A stretch of DNA of 49,722 nt, filler included, from Catajapyx aquilonaris (Eukaryota): assembly GCA_000934665.2 (NCBI GenBank). It is 2 parts of 2 records of this genome, joined end to end, with 100 filler letters (N's around TTAATTAATTAA, not from the genome) between each part and the next. Parts side by side here need not be neighbours in the genome. Positions count along the whole stretch, not along the records: positions 1 to 29,284 come from KZ539511.1; 1 more part is not named here. One strand, given 5' to 3'. Made by a program: the position numbers and the translations under genes. Of this stretch, positions 1-13,800 are shown in pieces. Under the pieces are notes generated by a model. It had not been told where the DNA came from and ran no database searches. It worked only from the letters and a program-made list of their open reading frames with translations. Numbering within the stretch: the stretch's first letter is position 1; each line of letters opens with the position of its first letter.

Positions 1-319
1 AATGAAATCTGTCACAAATGCAATATTGGCTCACCCGAAAATTATGCAGGACCAAAATAGGCGAAATTTCCTTCTGCCGTCTCCTTTTTGCAAATTTCAT
101 ACCTGGAAAACAATACTGTATTTTCCCACCGAGGCGAGGGTCCAAGAAATTGTCTGTTATACCCGAGGTGAAGTGAAAATGAGTCTGTTATATCAGGAGT
201 GAAAATACACAGTGCCTAATGGAAGCATGCCGGGACAGCCTTTATAACCAAGTATGTTATAGCCGAGGCTGTTGTATCCGGATTCAACTGTAAATCTGTA
301 ATAAGTACAATGCGTTCAC

Positions 320-1232
320 CAAAGAGCTTAAAACTAGGAAGAGTGGAAAAAACAGCCGGTAGCATAGCAACCGTGTCGCCAATCGACTGACCTGCCACCT
401 GGCGAGTCGACAGCGAAACTCGATACTGTATTGTACAATACGGTAGATCGAGGCAGTGCCGGAAATATGGCAATAAAAGCCCCAGAGGTTGGAAATAAGT
501 CATAGGTACTAGTATACTCCCGTCAAATTGCCGACAAAACACGTTGCAGAAGACCTGTGAATAAAAAAACCATCACGAAAAGCAAATATTATTTGCCAGA
601 AGTTTATTGATTTCCACTACAATCCCACATTCTGCTCTATACAATACACACCAAGGTACACACTGATAATGATGCTGAACATGGTCACATGACAGGAAGA
701 TATACCCCCAGCTGCTATGTCCATCTTGTCGTGGCGGGACGGGCTTGTTCTTCTTCCCGTGAACTCGAGAACCGTGGAGGGCCCTTTGGTAACGAAAATA
801 ATGTGATCCGAGACCCTGTGCGCGAACAGCAGTAGTAGCACGCGGCACCCGAACGTCTACGCCACACTATGCCGGCAAAGAAACTTGTTCAATTTCGAAA
901 TTCGAACGTGATTTCTAAGCAACGAGGTGATTATTTGTATTGTTAGGTGCAGGGTGGCCAGCTGCGCAGAATATCAGTTTCGGGTCCAATATTAGTTCCT
1001 TAACCCCATACGACCTCATATTGGTCAGTTTTTAGATTTATAACTCTTAATTATGTGCCTCTTGATATTAAATCAACACAGTTTATTGAAATTCATCTCG
1101 ACAGCACTCGACGGTGCCTCCTAGTGGCGCCGCGTAGTGAGCCATCAGCAAAACACGTTGGCCAAACAACTGGCCAAAAAGTGGCGACGCTTGGACACCG
1201 TTTTTTCCACTCTTCCTAGTATAAGCTCTTTG
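320..1232 (-). mobile_element. Non-autonomous DNA transposon, probably P-element superfamily, with degraded THAP relic
   Basis: Terminal inverted repeats of about 35 bp: CAAAGAGCTTAAAACTAGGAAGAGTGGAAAAAAC from 320 versus GTTTTTTCCACTCTTCCTAGTATAAGCTCTTTG ending 1232. Perfect 8-bp TSD GCGTTCAC at 312-319 and 1233-1240. The minus strand around 710-880 gives frameshifted THAP-like pieces (PA*CGV..FGCR; ITLFSLPK...RW). Confidence 0.85.
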
Positions 1233-1369
1233 GCGTTCACCTTATAGCAGCGGCAGGGTATAACGGGTATAACATTTCGCTAATAACAATATGGCTAGTT
1301 GGTAAACAAGAATTGACGTCTCTAGGTGATGGCATTATGAACTAATGAATTAATGACAGAAAAAATACG

Positions 1370-1760
1370 AGGTAAAAAAATCACAGCTCCAATCCTGTAG
1401 CAGTGGGAACTGTGAGATTTTGAACATAGATACGGACCATCCCACTGCATCTTCGGCCCTTTGACGATGAAACTGCATTCCGAATAGTTATTGAGAAAAA
1501 AAATTGAGACGTATTTTTTGGTGGTTAAATTTTTTTTGCGGCGTTTTGAAGAAGAATTAAGTAAAAGTGTAAATGGTAGGAAATCAAGTCACGACGGTGG
1601 GGATCTGTGTTCAAAATTTGGAAGCTCTACCTACAGCAGAACTTGAGTTAGGGCGAATAAAAAAAACGTAACAAGAAGAACAACAAGTAGGAAAAATTCA
1701 TTGTTGAAACATTGTTGAAATCTATGCTACGGTCTTACTTAAGGGCTATCGCCCTTAAAA
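1370..1760 (-). mobile_element. Possible Helentron/DINE-1-like non-autonomous element fragment
   Basis: Perfect terminal palindrome TTAAGGGC-TATC-GCCCTTAA (1739-1758) next to a T/A run. On the minus strand it is followed by a short CTT/GTT low-complexity tract and a TAACTC...AAATTTTGAACACAG core, with an inverted degenerate copy near 1385-1430. Boundaries approximate. Confidence 0.4.
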
Positions 1761-2955
1761 TTCAAAGTAAACTTAGAAGTAGCAGTAGCAGTAGTAGTAA
1801 CAAAAATAATATCCTGCCAACCTGAGTTTAGCAATGTACACAATATAGGAGAGCTCACAGTCACCAGTGCTGACAGCGCTGAGTTTAGCAACGTAATGAA
1901 ATATATACACTATTTTCCTCTTGATCGCCATAAATGACCAAATGCCATTTTTGACACCGGGTGTCACACAAGGCAACAATTTTGACAACAATTTTTTTAA
2001 ATGTCATTATAACACTTTTTAGATATTCTTCACCTCAACGGGTGCAACAGGTAAATTCAGTTGTTTTAAACTCCGTAAAATACCAACATTTGACGGAATT
2101 ATTGCCACTTCAGTCCGTCTGTAGCAGCCTCAACCGGGCTATACGGCAGCAGAGAAAGCATGGCCTCTCATTGCTAGATTTACTTCCAGGCATTCAGGGA
2201 CACTTTTCATGAGACGTCTGCATGTAATGACACCCAAGTAGTTTTCCAAACTAAAAGTTGAACATTTTAGGGAAGGCGTCTAAAATCCAAAATGACTTCA
2301 GGGACCGGATATTATGCTCAGTTACAAAGTTTCATAGCAGCCTTTTCTACTCTTTTTTTAAACAAAAAGGGGAAGATCCGGGACAAAGTTTATTTTTCCA
2401 GATGATTTTGCGTAAAACGGGAAAAAAGAGCGTACTCATCTTGTCATAATAAGCAGCAAAACTGGGTTCGTCCCATCTCGCAAATAACCTGGGCAGTAAT
2501 GAACCATTCGACAGATGAGCAGGGACGATCAAAGCGTGAGGAGGGGGGACTTTAACACTGGGGATCATCCCTGTTGATGGGGGAAGCAACAGCTATATCC
2601 CTCCCCTCTTCCCTTACACCCCCTCCCTACTTTCCAGTGCGGAAATTGAAGAAGCTGCGAAATTGGATGCCGAGGCCTCTTTCGCAAAGTCCGTGGCCCT
2701 CCCTCTCCGAAAAGGGAAAGCAGACGAGGCGCTTCACAGCAGGAATTGGCCTCTAATGACTTTGTAACTTCTCATGTAAGCTATCTGGCACGATTGTAAA
2801 GAAAACAATCTCACGACCGTCAAAAGAAGGTAAGAGAGCACAAAACCTGAGGAAGGGAATAAACGGCCGGCAAGATGGCGGCGCCCTTGTCATCCAGAGT
2901 TGGAATTAAAGGGTCATTAGCGAGGTGTGCTGTTACAGCCATGGCAGGGAATGTA

Positions 2956-3226
2956 CAGGGTGGTCCGAAGTACTTCCTATATACACTGTTGAACTTCATG
3001 TGGCCATAAAGTGCGATAGGCTATATAATTTTGTATGGCGGGCAGACACATCTTATGACACTTCCATCGCATAAAATTGCACGGTAACATTTTTCAATGT
3101 TAACTGCAAGTTTGTGCGAGGACATCTTGTACCTTCTGTACTCCCGTAACCATAATGACACCTGAACATAATGTTCTCCATGAGTTCATCCTAGAAACTT
3201 GGTAGATATTATTACGGATCACCCTG
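2956..3226. mobile_element. Tc1/mariner-type MITE
   Basis: TA|CAGGGTGGTCCGAAGTA at the left end and TATTACGGATCACCCTG|TG at the right end (imperfect TIR, TA TSD mutated on the right); about 270 bp, non-coding. Confidence 0.65.
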
Positions 3227-6200
3227 TGCATCCGATCACAGCCGCTGGGCCGTTACATCATAAAAGACGTAACCGAAAATGGGCCGGCTACAAAAACGTG
3301 AGGTTTTGGTTGCTGCTGTGGGCTTTGAAAGCGGATACTCTATGAGAGAGGGGTTTACGGGGCATGAAACGACTAGGTAGGGTAGTTATGGTCGATTTCC
3401 TTCGAGCGCATCCCGTTGTTCCTGAAAGCCCCTGGCAATAATTGGCGTCCAGGAAAAAGGAAGGAACTGAGAAAGATCGGACATATGAACTCATTCACTG
3501 ATTTTTGTTGCCCATTTCTGGACTCTTCCTGGCTATATTCATTTAACATTGGCTTTAAACACGCTAATCTACATTGGACAATAGCCTACTGCATTCGAGG
3601 ATGCCTGTGCTGTTATCAGTCTATTCAAACATGTAAGCCCTAGTTTATCAGGCATTTAGCCCGCCAAGCCGTATGATTCGCAGATGTTTTATCTTCGCAA
3701 AATTAAGATAATGCTTTTGCAAAAGCTGGATTTGTAATATTAATCAGGGTGAAAGCAGGAGCAGTTTATGTCCTTCGTTCTTCAATACGCATTTTTCATT
3801 ACAAAATATATTTTAGAAAAGCGTTAAGAAGACAACGAATTCTTAACTTTTTACCTAGAAATCAACAATTTATGAGCATTATCGGTGATGAAATATCCAG
3901 TAACTGCTTTTTTTACTAATTTTAAAATTGATTGTAAGTAAGGTTTTATGAATGAATATTAATGGAGATTTTCATATTGCCTCTTGGTACATAAAGATTT
4001 AATTAGATACGATTTGGTCTCAAAATTATCGGACAGATAGATGTCACAAGCCTTTTGTTAGTCACATTGTTCATGTTGCAGATAGTCTGTGATCTCACTA
4101 TTATTCTAAGGCTGAAGGCATGACATTTGAAAATATTTTCACCAGCTTCAACTCTGGTGACAATGAGTTCTGCCAAACTGCATTCACCAAGAGGAGGAGG
4201 TAAAAAAATAGTGGGCAGAGACGGTACATATATAAGGCAGGCGCTGAGGCTGAAGCCAGTTTGCAACCTCGCAAAAGAATTTTCCTCCGATTCCAGCTTG
4301 ATTTGCTTGTCATTTGAAATTCTATTGCTTTCCTAGTCCAAAAGGAGGGGAGGAGCCCAACATGTCCTCTGTCTTTTTTCCTTTGTGTTGCTGCCTTTTT
4401 GCCTCTCTCTTCTGCCCATAACCATTCAAATTTGGGACGCACCCGAGCCTCTGCAGCGAATCCAGAGCACCAGCTGCCTTACAAACACCGCTGCCTTTCC
4501 CCAGAAAATAAAAAAATAGAAGAGACGACCCGAGCCATCAAGTTTTCAAAGCAGCACCAAATCCAATTGATTGGGTCATTAGGATCGTCAGTGCTTGGCA
4601 CTCAACTGCAATCGTTACCTCCCCCTCCCATCAATATGCAGAAAATTAAATCACTTGTAAGGGTTTTCATATTGTGTTCGCGGTACATAAAAAGAGATCC
4701 CATTTTCCGCATGGAGGAACTGCCTAAATGACTTTTGAAATCCGATCCCGTCAAGGGTAACAAGCTTAGGAAGCAATCAACTCCCCTGATTGAATGTTAT
4801 TGAAAAGAAGCGCCCAGGAACGTGTTTGATGATTTAGGTTTTTCTCCCCCTGCTCTTCGTTTTTTATGTTATTATTCCTCCTAGAGCACACGGGCTGGAA
4901 ATAGCTCCCAGATGGCTTTGCATGTTACAGACTGCGGCTGTATATATGTGGATGATGTTTGTTTTAGGACACCGGGAATCAAATTTCCTGTTTTATGGAT
5001 ACCGGAGAGCTCTTTATTCTCTGCGCAAAAAAAAATCGGTCCACTTACAGCTTTGTTTTACTTCGGAACGAGGAAGACAAATACTGGGGGAAGCGGGTTT
5101 CCATCATCTGTACTTGACCGGACAAAGAAGAGTTGATGGAAATTTTACGAGGTGGACTGCTGCGTGTGTCAGTGTGAACGGCGTGACTCAACTTCCTAGA
5201 GTGTAATCATTTGCAATCATGAAATGCAAATCTAACATAATCACGTTTTGGTCAGAATTGGGGTACTATTGTATGGTGCTTTCTGATGGACAAGTCAGTT
5301 TTGTGCTGCACCAATAAAAGTTCCCTAGAGAAGTTTTCGAGAGAGAAAAGTTGTCCCTTAAGGGTTAATGCAATTTTCAAACTTCAAACCCTCCTAAATC
5401 GAAATCAGTCAAATCGGACTCTGATTGTTCTGCATTTCATATCTTTATTTGAAAACAATGAATCACAATGGACTGATCGTGAGATACGATCCTTTTTCAC
5501 TGTGCTTCTTTTACTGAAGTAGTTACAGGAGTTAACTGAATGTTGAGTCATTACGCAACATCATGTACATTGTGACCCACAAACTTCCAGGAGTTTATGC
5601 AAGTGAACGTTTGTCTTGCCCCTTGGCCAGCAGCTGTTTAAGAAGGCGTTGCACCTTTTTGCAGTACAACTCTCTGTGCGCTGCAGACGTATAATACACA
5701 AGTCCGACACATTTTATGGGAACATGGCCTCAGCAATATGAGTGCAAGTGGTCTTATGGAAGGTATATATACGGAAGTGCAGCCTCATTGCCTCGAATTA
5801 TGCATGATTGCGCTTTATGCATTTAGAGTTATTAAATATTAAATCTGCCCAGGAGCACAATACTTACTGACCTCATTGCTCGCTCGGATGGCTTAACTGC
5901 AATATTAATATAGCTCGAATTAATTTTATTCCGCAGACACTGTACAGTACTACACCATTTTTTTTTGCATATCGTGTTGTACAGAGAATGACATTAATCG
6001 AGCTTACCATTTGTATGCATGTGACATCATTTAAACAAACATTACAGGAACGGGAATAACGGCTGGTAATATTATGGGAAGTTTTCTAATAATATTATGT
6101 AGAGGTAGCCTATACTCACAATAGTAGGCTACACAAAGATTCTGTGTCAGACTGAGTTTAAACAAATGGCGCCAATTCAAATATATTGATGAATACATAT

Positions 6201-9200
6201 TATTAAATTTATGTATTATGTACAGTGCGTCAAACTGAAGCCTGTATACAAAAACCAGCAGAAAACTTAGGCCTAGCTATAAAATGACATGATTGTACAG
6301 TACACAACTTTGTTCTTCTCAATGGCTGTACAGGGTGCTGTAGGCCCACTCCAGCACTGTAGTCATGGATCGAAATCGGTTCCTGATCCATTAATTTATC
6401 TCTCTTCTTCTTTCTTTTTTTACAGTCCTCCACCCCCACCCCATCCCCCATGATGCTGCATCTTGAAGCAAAGGATTTGTCAGTTGCAACTTCCCACAAA
6501 CTGAATCCCCGTGTATTTCCCACTACCTTGTTCGTTCCAATTCACCCTGTCACCACGGGTTTTCAGGTGTCAAGATCTCCAATACGTGCGGGTTCCCCGG
6601 AAAGTGCTAAAGTAATTCCTGCGGAATCCTCGGGGACACTCGATTGTCCCGGAGGCGGGTCGAACGAATGAAGAGAAGGAAAAGAGGGTAAGAATACGAA
6701 GGGGTGGAAAACGATAAGAAAAGTAGGAAAAGTACAGTCAGTTCGAATTCAGTAAGGGTCTGTTGAAATATCACTTGTTATGATAACAAGCTCATTTTAT
6801 GGCACGTTATGGAAACGGATTCTTTCCAGAGGAAAATTACAGAAGTTTAAAAATTATCACTTATTTTCCAATAATCCATTAATACGATGTTGTCTCAAAA
6901 CGATTCAGAAACTTAGGCTCACATTTGCAGTAATTATAAACCACCGAACATACACTTGTAATCCCAAGGTAATGCGGTTGGACACCTTAAATCTAGAACG
7001 ATTAAGATATGCATTGCGCAGTATTGTATTTCAGATGAGAATCAGTATAAGATTCTTCAATAATTATGTATTTTAGAAATCTTAAAATGAAAAATTATTT
7101 TTCATACCGCATGTTGCCTTAGCATTGTACCAGACTGTGTACATAACTGATAAACGAGCACCATTCGACATTTTGGTTTTTCACTCTTTCCAGGCCCGAA
7201 ACAGTGGCAAAGCAAGTGTATCAAAAATGTAGTGCAGGTGGAAAAATAAATAGCCAAAAACCCAAAGGGAGCCATTTGCAGTGAATGTAACTGTGAGAGG
7301 TGGTGCAAGCAAATAGCAGGCAATAGTGGGAGGGTTGGGAAGGGGGGGCTTTGAGTCTTCCAAGGAAAGGAAAAGCCGACTCTTCAGGAAGGCATTTCCA
7401 TAATGGCTGAGCAGAATGTCCTGTTTGGAGTCGAGCCTTGTTCTTGATTCCTCTTTACGGGCGGAAGGGACGGTAAACGTTGATAAAGAATGATTGTCAT
7501 TTTCGGGTAACGCTTTAGACCGCTTTTGCCGCTCGCCCCCCCCCCCCTCCTTCAGTAATTTAGTGCCATATTACTCGGAGGAGGCAATATTAGCAGTCCG
7601 GGAAGTAACTCATTCATTCCGCCCATTCATGTGCAAATTTTCGAGAAAGGCTTCACCTTCAACCGATAAACTTGAGGAGACAATTGAACTTGACGGCCGC
7701 GTAATTCTGAGCTTATGTTAGCATATTGCGAACAACTCGTGCTCGCCATTTTTCACTTCAAAAAATGAGGGTCGGAAAGGAAGGTTATTTCCACTATTTT
7801 TCCTATCCTCCCCCCCCTTCACCTCCAGCATCACCACGCACACCCCTTCTCTTTTTTTCCTCTTTTCCTTGTAATCAGGAGCTTGTTAATATGCAAACCA
7901 GTCTAATGAGACTTTCTAGAGCAATGATAAAACTTTGCGCCGCGGAGAAAGCGTGCATATTCATGGCTGTCTGGAGGTGTATTTGTGAGTCGGAGCAAAA
8001 ACTTGAGGAGCTTTTTCGGATGAACTCGTGACTGAAGGCGATTGCTTGGAGAGAAAAAAAAAGAGCACGAGAGGAGTGGAATGGGGTAGTAGGGGAAAAA
8101 AGGGGGTGGAAAAAATACACCCCTTAGACTTTTTTATGCATGATACTCCAGACCGTTTTATGGAGTCAAATAACTTGGCTGCAGTAATGGTCTCCTAAGC
8201 TGTTCGGACTGGAGTCGGGGAAATTTGGGGGCCATTTAAGGGCCGTGCGGACTTGAAAACACGCGACCTCAAAAATGTCATTCGGGCTGCCCTTTTTTTG
8301 TATGTGTGCGGTGGGGGGAGAGGTTTTTGGACTAGGAATAATTAACTCGTTACGTGGACAAGTGGACTACTGAGACGTTTGGTAAGGTAAAGTTGCATGC
8401 TCTTTTTTTACTCCACTTGGTTTGGGACACGCAATTTTTTTTCCAAATTCTCTGACTGTTCTGGCAACTGCCACTCTGAATTTAACATTAATCTAATGGT
8501 TTGCACAAAAACTAGAGACCTAATCTACCTACAGTTTTTTTTAATGAAACATGGTCTGCACATATTATACTGTATGACACTTGGGGCTATCATTTATTGC
8601 GCATATTAATGTGCTAGTATTATGCACATATGCAAGATGGTGATCTTCTAGTCTGCAATTCATGGGTCGCTTATCCCATCAACTAGCAAAAATCACGATA
8701 AGTAAATATGGCCGAAATTAAATTGGCGAGTCCGGTTCCTACAAGGTGGGGTTCCTAGCCAAAAATGAGATGCTTGTTCAGCGGCCAAGGTTTTATCGAG
8801 AGTCGGTTTTCGTTCCCAGAAAATCTGGCTGCCTCCCTAAAATACGGGTAATTATTCACCCCTCCCAAATTTTATCTTCATCTCTGGGAAACAGAGCCCA
8901 CCTAATGAAAACAAACGTCGCAACAACTGGATGGGTTGTAGTGAAGGACACTAGACAAACTCCCCCTTGAAGTGGGCCATGCACTGCCTAATGCTCGTCA
9001 CCTTGAATCCTGAAGCTGGCTTAATTAATGAGAGAGGCAGAGGCACAGAATGGTTTTTAAAAATCTTTATTTGTTTACCGCTCCACTCTTGAGGTGCGGA
9101 AAACTTCCTTCGGCCATTATAGAATTTTTGGCACCTCTTTTGAGGACGCTCGATGTCACATGCCAAAAAACGTTTCGGCCAGAGTTTCTGACGCTAAACA

Positions 9201-10642
9201 ACCAACAGCACTCGAGTAAGGGAATTCAGACGTAGGCTGATGGTTGTGCAGCACTGTGCTGCGTTTGGCTTATAGTTACAGCTTCCAAAACCATGCACAC
9301 TGCTGTTGAGACCAAGTTTCAAAGACATGCTTGAACACCCTGTAGTAGAAGGCTCTCGTTGCCAGAGTGTCCTTCTCAAGGCTTGGTGGCGGCGGACTCT
9401 GATAGTGAAGTGAAACGTGAAGCTCAGATTCTATTCTCGATTACTGCTGAGATAAATAGCCTGGAGTACCATCGTCAAACCAAATTAGATCCCGCATCAA
9501 ACCGGATAGATGGGACTATAGAAATGGGAGAGTGGGTGCAAGCCACTGCCTATAATCTGTCTAGCCCGCAATATCCTTGGCCCCAGCACCCCCCCTTGTA
9601 AACTCAGGCCTGAAACTTGGAGCGACGTCGTATATACACGAGAAGTGAGACTGTTGCCTTTCCCTTCCTCATACTTGGTCTTTGCATGCACTTAAATTAG
9701 TCTAATTACCAAGGCTGACGTGGCTAATGAAATCTGGAGCGCCAGGTTGGTGGGGAGGTGGAGAAATGGGACTCGGGTCAGGACGGAAAAGGAGGAGTCG
9801 AATGGGACTCAGGAGGGCAGCACCGGAGAAAAAGGACTACTACTACAAAAGTTTCATTTTGAGTGGTTTTTGTAAAGAAGTAAAGGAGCAAATTTTTGCG
9901 TTTAAATTGCGATACTTCTGCAGAGTGTGACTAGTGCAAAGGGTGTGGAGGAGAAGTTCTCGGCTGCTATTCTGGTGTACATTTTAGGCCAGTTGGACCA
10001 GGTCCGGAATTAGGATTTGCATAACTTATCTATAAAATTGATTAATATTTTGAAACTTTCATATTTTTGCATTTACGTACCCTGGCCTTTGTGTTTGGCC
10101 CGTTTGGCATGGCAAATTCCTCATCAGATCGCGACAAACAATTACACTTTAGCAACACACACACACATGTATGGCCTTCCCATGCAACACGACACGCTTG
10201 TTCCACGGTACTTGGAGCCGACGCCTTACCATGTGTACCTGTCACCCTTTGTTCTTGTGCACGGGCCTTTTTCGGCACTCTTGTCATGCATATTGGCACT
10301 GAAGCGTCTATCTCCAGATCTGCAGGCTATTCATTAGCCTGGCTCGGCCGCCCTGTTTATAAATAGCACTGACCAGTTGTTTTGCCGATGAAGTTGCGTG
10401 TAGTTGGCCCGCGAAGCAAATCGACATTGCTCTCGTGAATGTGCAATCTAAATGCAATTTTCTTGTCTTGTTCTTCTTCCGTGCGGCGCGTGTTCATTTC
10501 GCACGCAGGCCTTTTCCCGATTTTTCTCGCCCAAATTTTCTGAAGGGCGTTGGCGTCTCGAGCAGGCTGCAGAAAGTTGTCCAATTTAATTATTCTCGCT
10601 AATTATCATCACAGACAATTTAGGACTTGACCTAGAACAGTT

Positions 10643-10811
10643 ACTGTAGGGGTCAGCAAAAATTATAGGAGTGTGAGCACTGCAACATTGACCGAAATTT
10701 TCGTTCCACTGCCAGTTACTTAGAAGTACTTAGAAGTATCAGTATTGGCAGTGGTACTGATAAATTAGCAGTGGAACGAAATTTCCATCAATTTTTGAGG
10801 ACCACAGATAT
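10643..10811. mobile_element. Degenerate MITE-like fold-back element
   Basis: Weak outer inverted repeat (CTGTAGGGGTCAGCAAAAATT / AATTTTTGAGGACCACAG) and a clearer inner one (AAATTTTCGTTCCACTGC / GCAGTGGAACGAAATTT). Confidence 0.4.
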
Positions 10812-13800
10812 TGAGGCCAATATTAATTTTTTAATGCTTATTATACAGTTTATCCTGGAAGTCAGGCTAACCTGCGCTCAACCGAGACGCTTTGGTTGCC
10901 CTTCAGAGTTAGGATAAAACTCACTCTCATCATGATTGTGTAGTTTCCGGTGCAACAAACCCCATGCAAAAGCAGAGTCCTTCGCTATAAAGTTTAATGG
11001 AAGAGCCTGCGGGTTTGAGGAGGGCAAAGGACAAAAACACACAGAAAAGGGTTCAAACTGCAAACAATGAGACCACTACAGTAAAGATTGTCCTTTAAAA
11101 AATGCAACATGCATTGGAAGTGAAGGACATCAGATCGATCCGAGACACCTTTTAAACTTAATAATATCGAGTGTAACATATGGCGGTTCGTTAAAAGTAA
11201 TAAATTTCTGGTGTCCAGTGTTTTGCTATATCAATGCTGTATACATTTTAAATAATATGCAGTGAATTTTATAAGCACTCATGCAAACTTCAAATCGTCG
11301 TACCTGAAAGACATTAAAGTTTGATAGTTCCAGTGAGGGTTGCGCATTTTCAAGTCTTCATTTTTTATATTCCTCTAGCCTGCAATAAATGCGTTTGGAT
11401 CCTATAGGTATCGGATGGCAAAGGCTCCAAGTTGGTTATTCCCGTGAGATGCCGGGAAATGTACTCTTCGAGGATTGATTTTTTTACTGCACGAAAATGG
11501 CACGCAAAAATAACAGTATTTTCCCTCTCTCTAGGTTTTCTTATCTGCGACAAACCGTGTTTGAAACAAGCCATGGATTTCCTCCATTTGTCTTCATATC
11601 TGTAATTGAAAGAAGGTTACATGTTCACTGCGGCACATGAGCTATTCCTGGCAAGTATTCACTGTACTCGTAATAATTTAATGGTTTCAGATGGCAATCT
11701 CTGAAGTGGCCAGTGCTTATTTCAGTAAATATTTAATTTCGGAGCAATATTCCATGTTGATTACAGAGGTTTGCATAAGTGCTTCGCCGGTTGTGTCGTA
11801 TCACTCGACCTTCCAGAGTGCCAATATTGTTTTATAAGTAGGTCCTCCCTTCACCTGCACCACAGGGGCCATATCAAGTGACACCTAACCCGACACCCAG
11901 TCGTGTCGTCGCTTGTTATTTTCTCGGCACCTTTTCAGCGACCGAGCAATATCTCCCGAGGCCATTTCTTACACTGCGGCGGTCTAGCTTCTGGCCGCGT
12001 CTGTAAATTCTGTCGACAGGATAAATGTCCCCGGCATCCAATTGCGACTCCGGAGGGTTTCAGTGTGGGTGGGGGAGGTAAATTTCTCGCATTGCGGAGG
12101 AAAGGCTGGCATTATCTTCCGGTACGGGATCAAAGGATTGCGGAACTCTATTAAATGCTTGTGCATAAAGTGAAAACGACATTTCACCGGTGGGAGGCCC
12201 TGGCGACTTGTGTTGAGCAGCCGAGCAAGCCCACCCCTCTTTATTGTCCTGTACTGAACCTAAAGAGCTAATAATGAGTTTGCTAATGCGCTTTACGGGT
12301 TATTCCGGGTTCCTAACCGTAACTTCTCCTAATGTAAACCCCCAGGCCGGAGCTCCACTTGGAATAGTTTACTTGGTAAGAGGAGGGAAAGCGGACCTGC
12401 CGAGTTTGCTCATTCCGAATGGATTCATTCCTGCTACAAACATAAACTCGTAGGGTCCCTTTTTACTACGAGGCATGTCTCTCCCTGCGTGTTGGGTGCA
12501 GCAAAACGAAATATCGCCTACATAAATGGGGGTAAAGCAGGCATAAAGCCCGGGAGCGTCACCCACAACCGTCCAGATACCCGAGAGAGGAGAGTCTCTC
12601 AAAGTTGTAAGCTGTTTAGGCCCATATTTTTGGCTCTCAAGTGTCGGCGACGCCACTTTTCATGGCGGCCTCTCTCTCTCTCGACGGAACCAAATCACGA
12701 CCTGATTTGCTGGGCCCGGAGCTTTAGCCCTCGCGGGTTAATTCGGACAGACCATTCTCCCCGAGTAAACGAGTGCTTCTGAACGAGTGGTTCAATCTGT
12801 TGTCTTAAACCTCGGGTCAAGCCATGCTTCTTGGAGCGATGTGCCAGCAGCAGGGGCATGCAGGCCGATAAGCCGCCGCGAGTGGTTGTTAAACCAGTGC
12901 AGTCTCTTTCCTCTGGCAGAATAAAACGGCCCCAAACAGCCTGTGGATAAAGCCAGCTCTTTACAGTGTGCTGAGCAGTTGCTGAGCATCAGAGCAAAAA
13001 GGGAACAAGCGAATAATGCTGCTGGTTATTTATTATTCGGAAGGGGTCTCTAATTGCTTTCCTTAAAAAATATATAGTGGATTAAACCAGCGAGAGGTGA
13101 CAAACACAATGGTTTCACTAACATGTTCCACTTTCCATCCGGATAATGCTTCAACAGGCCACTTTATATACCTTCCGGTCGAGCAAGGCCAGTAACAATT
13201 CACGTAAAATCTTGTTGCCCCATTGAGGTTGCCGGGCTCTGGGGTCTATCGTGACGTTCTAACCATCCAGCCCGGTGCTTTACCACATAACATTCCACAA
13301 TGTTATAGACGTCCCCTNCCCCCCCCCCCCCCGCCTCCCGTTTCGCCAGCTCGATTTTCCAAGGTTTGCGAGCAAAATGAACGTGTGCTGTATACACTTT
13401 GATGCATATACAATGTTGGGCTAGAAGAGAAACTCTCTGGTTTTCATCCCTCCTCCACACCTTCCCCTCCCCCCTCCTTAAATCAGCATTATTCATGACA
13501 TGTGGCACCTTTTATGCCGCAGGTACCTCCCGCGACGTTTCCAGTGTGTCGCGCTGAATTTGCAATGGCCAGCCTCCAGGAATATTACAGACGCGGTTTC
13601 TTTTCTCTCACTTTTTTTTTAAAAGGAAAGGTAGTGTGTGTGTGTCCCTCTCTCTCACTTTTCGTATGCCAAATGAAGTTTCCGTTTTCTGTCGCATTTT
13701 TTTTCTTCTTCTTCACCAGCCAACCACCTCCTTGCCTAGGCGACGCTCAAAAGTTAATCTCTGGAGAGGGCAAAAGGGAAGTAAGTTGTAACGTATTCTG

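Noticed and set aside
9864..9888. Partial match to miR-1 (TGTAAAGAAGTA..GGAG)
   Set aside because: The seed region does not match and no complementary arm is visible.
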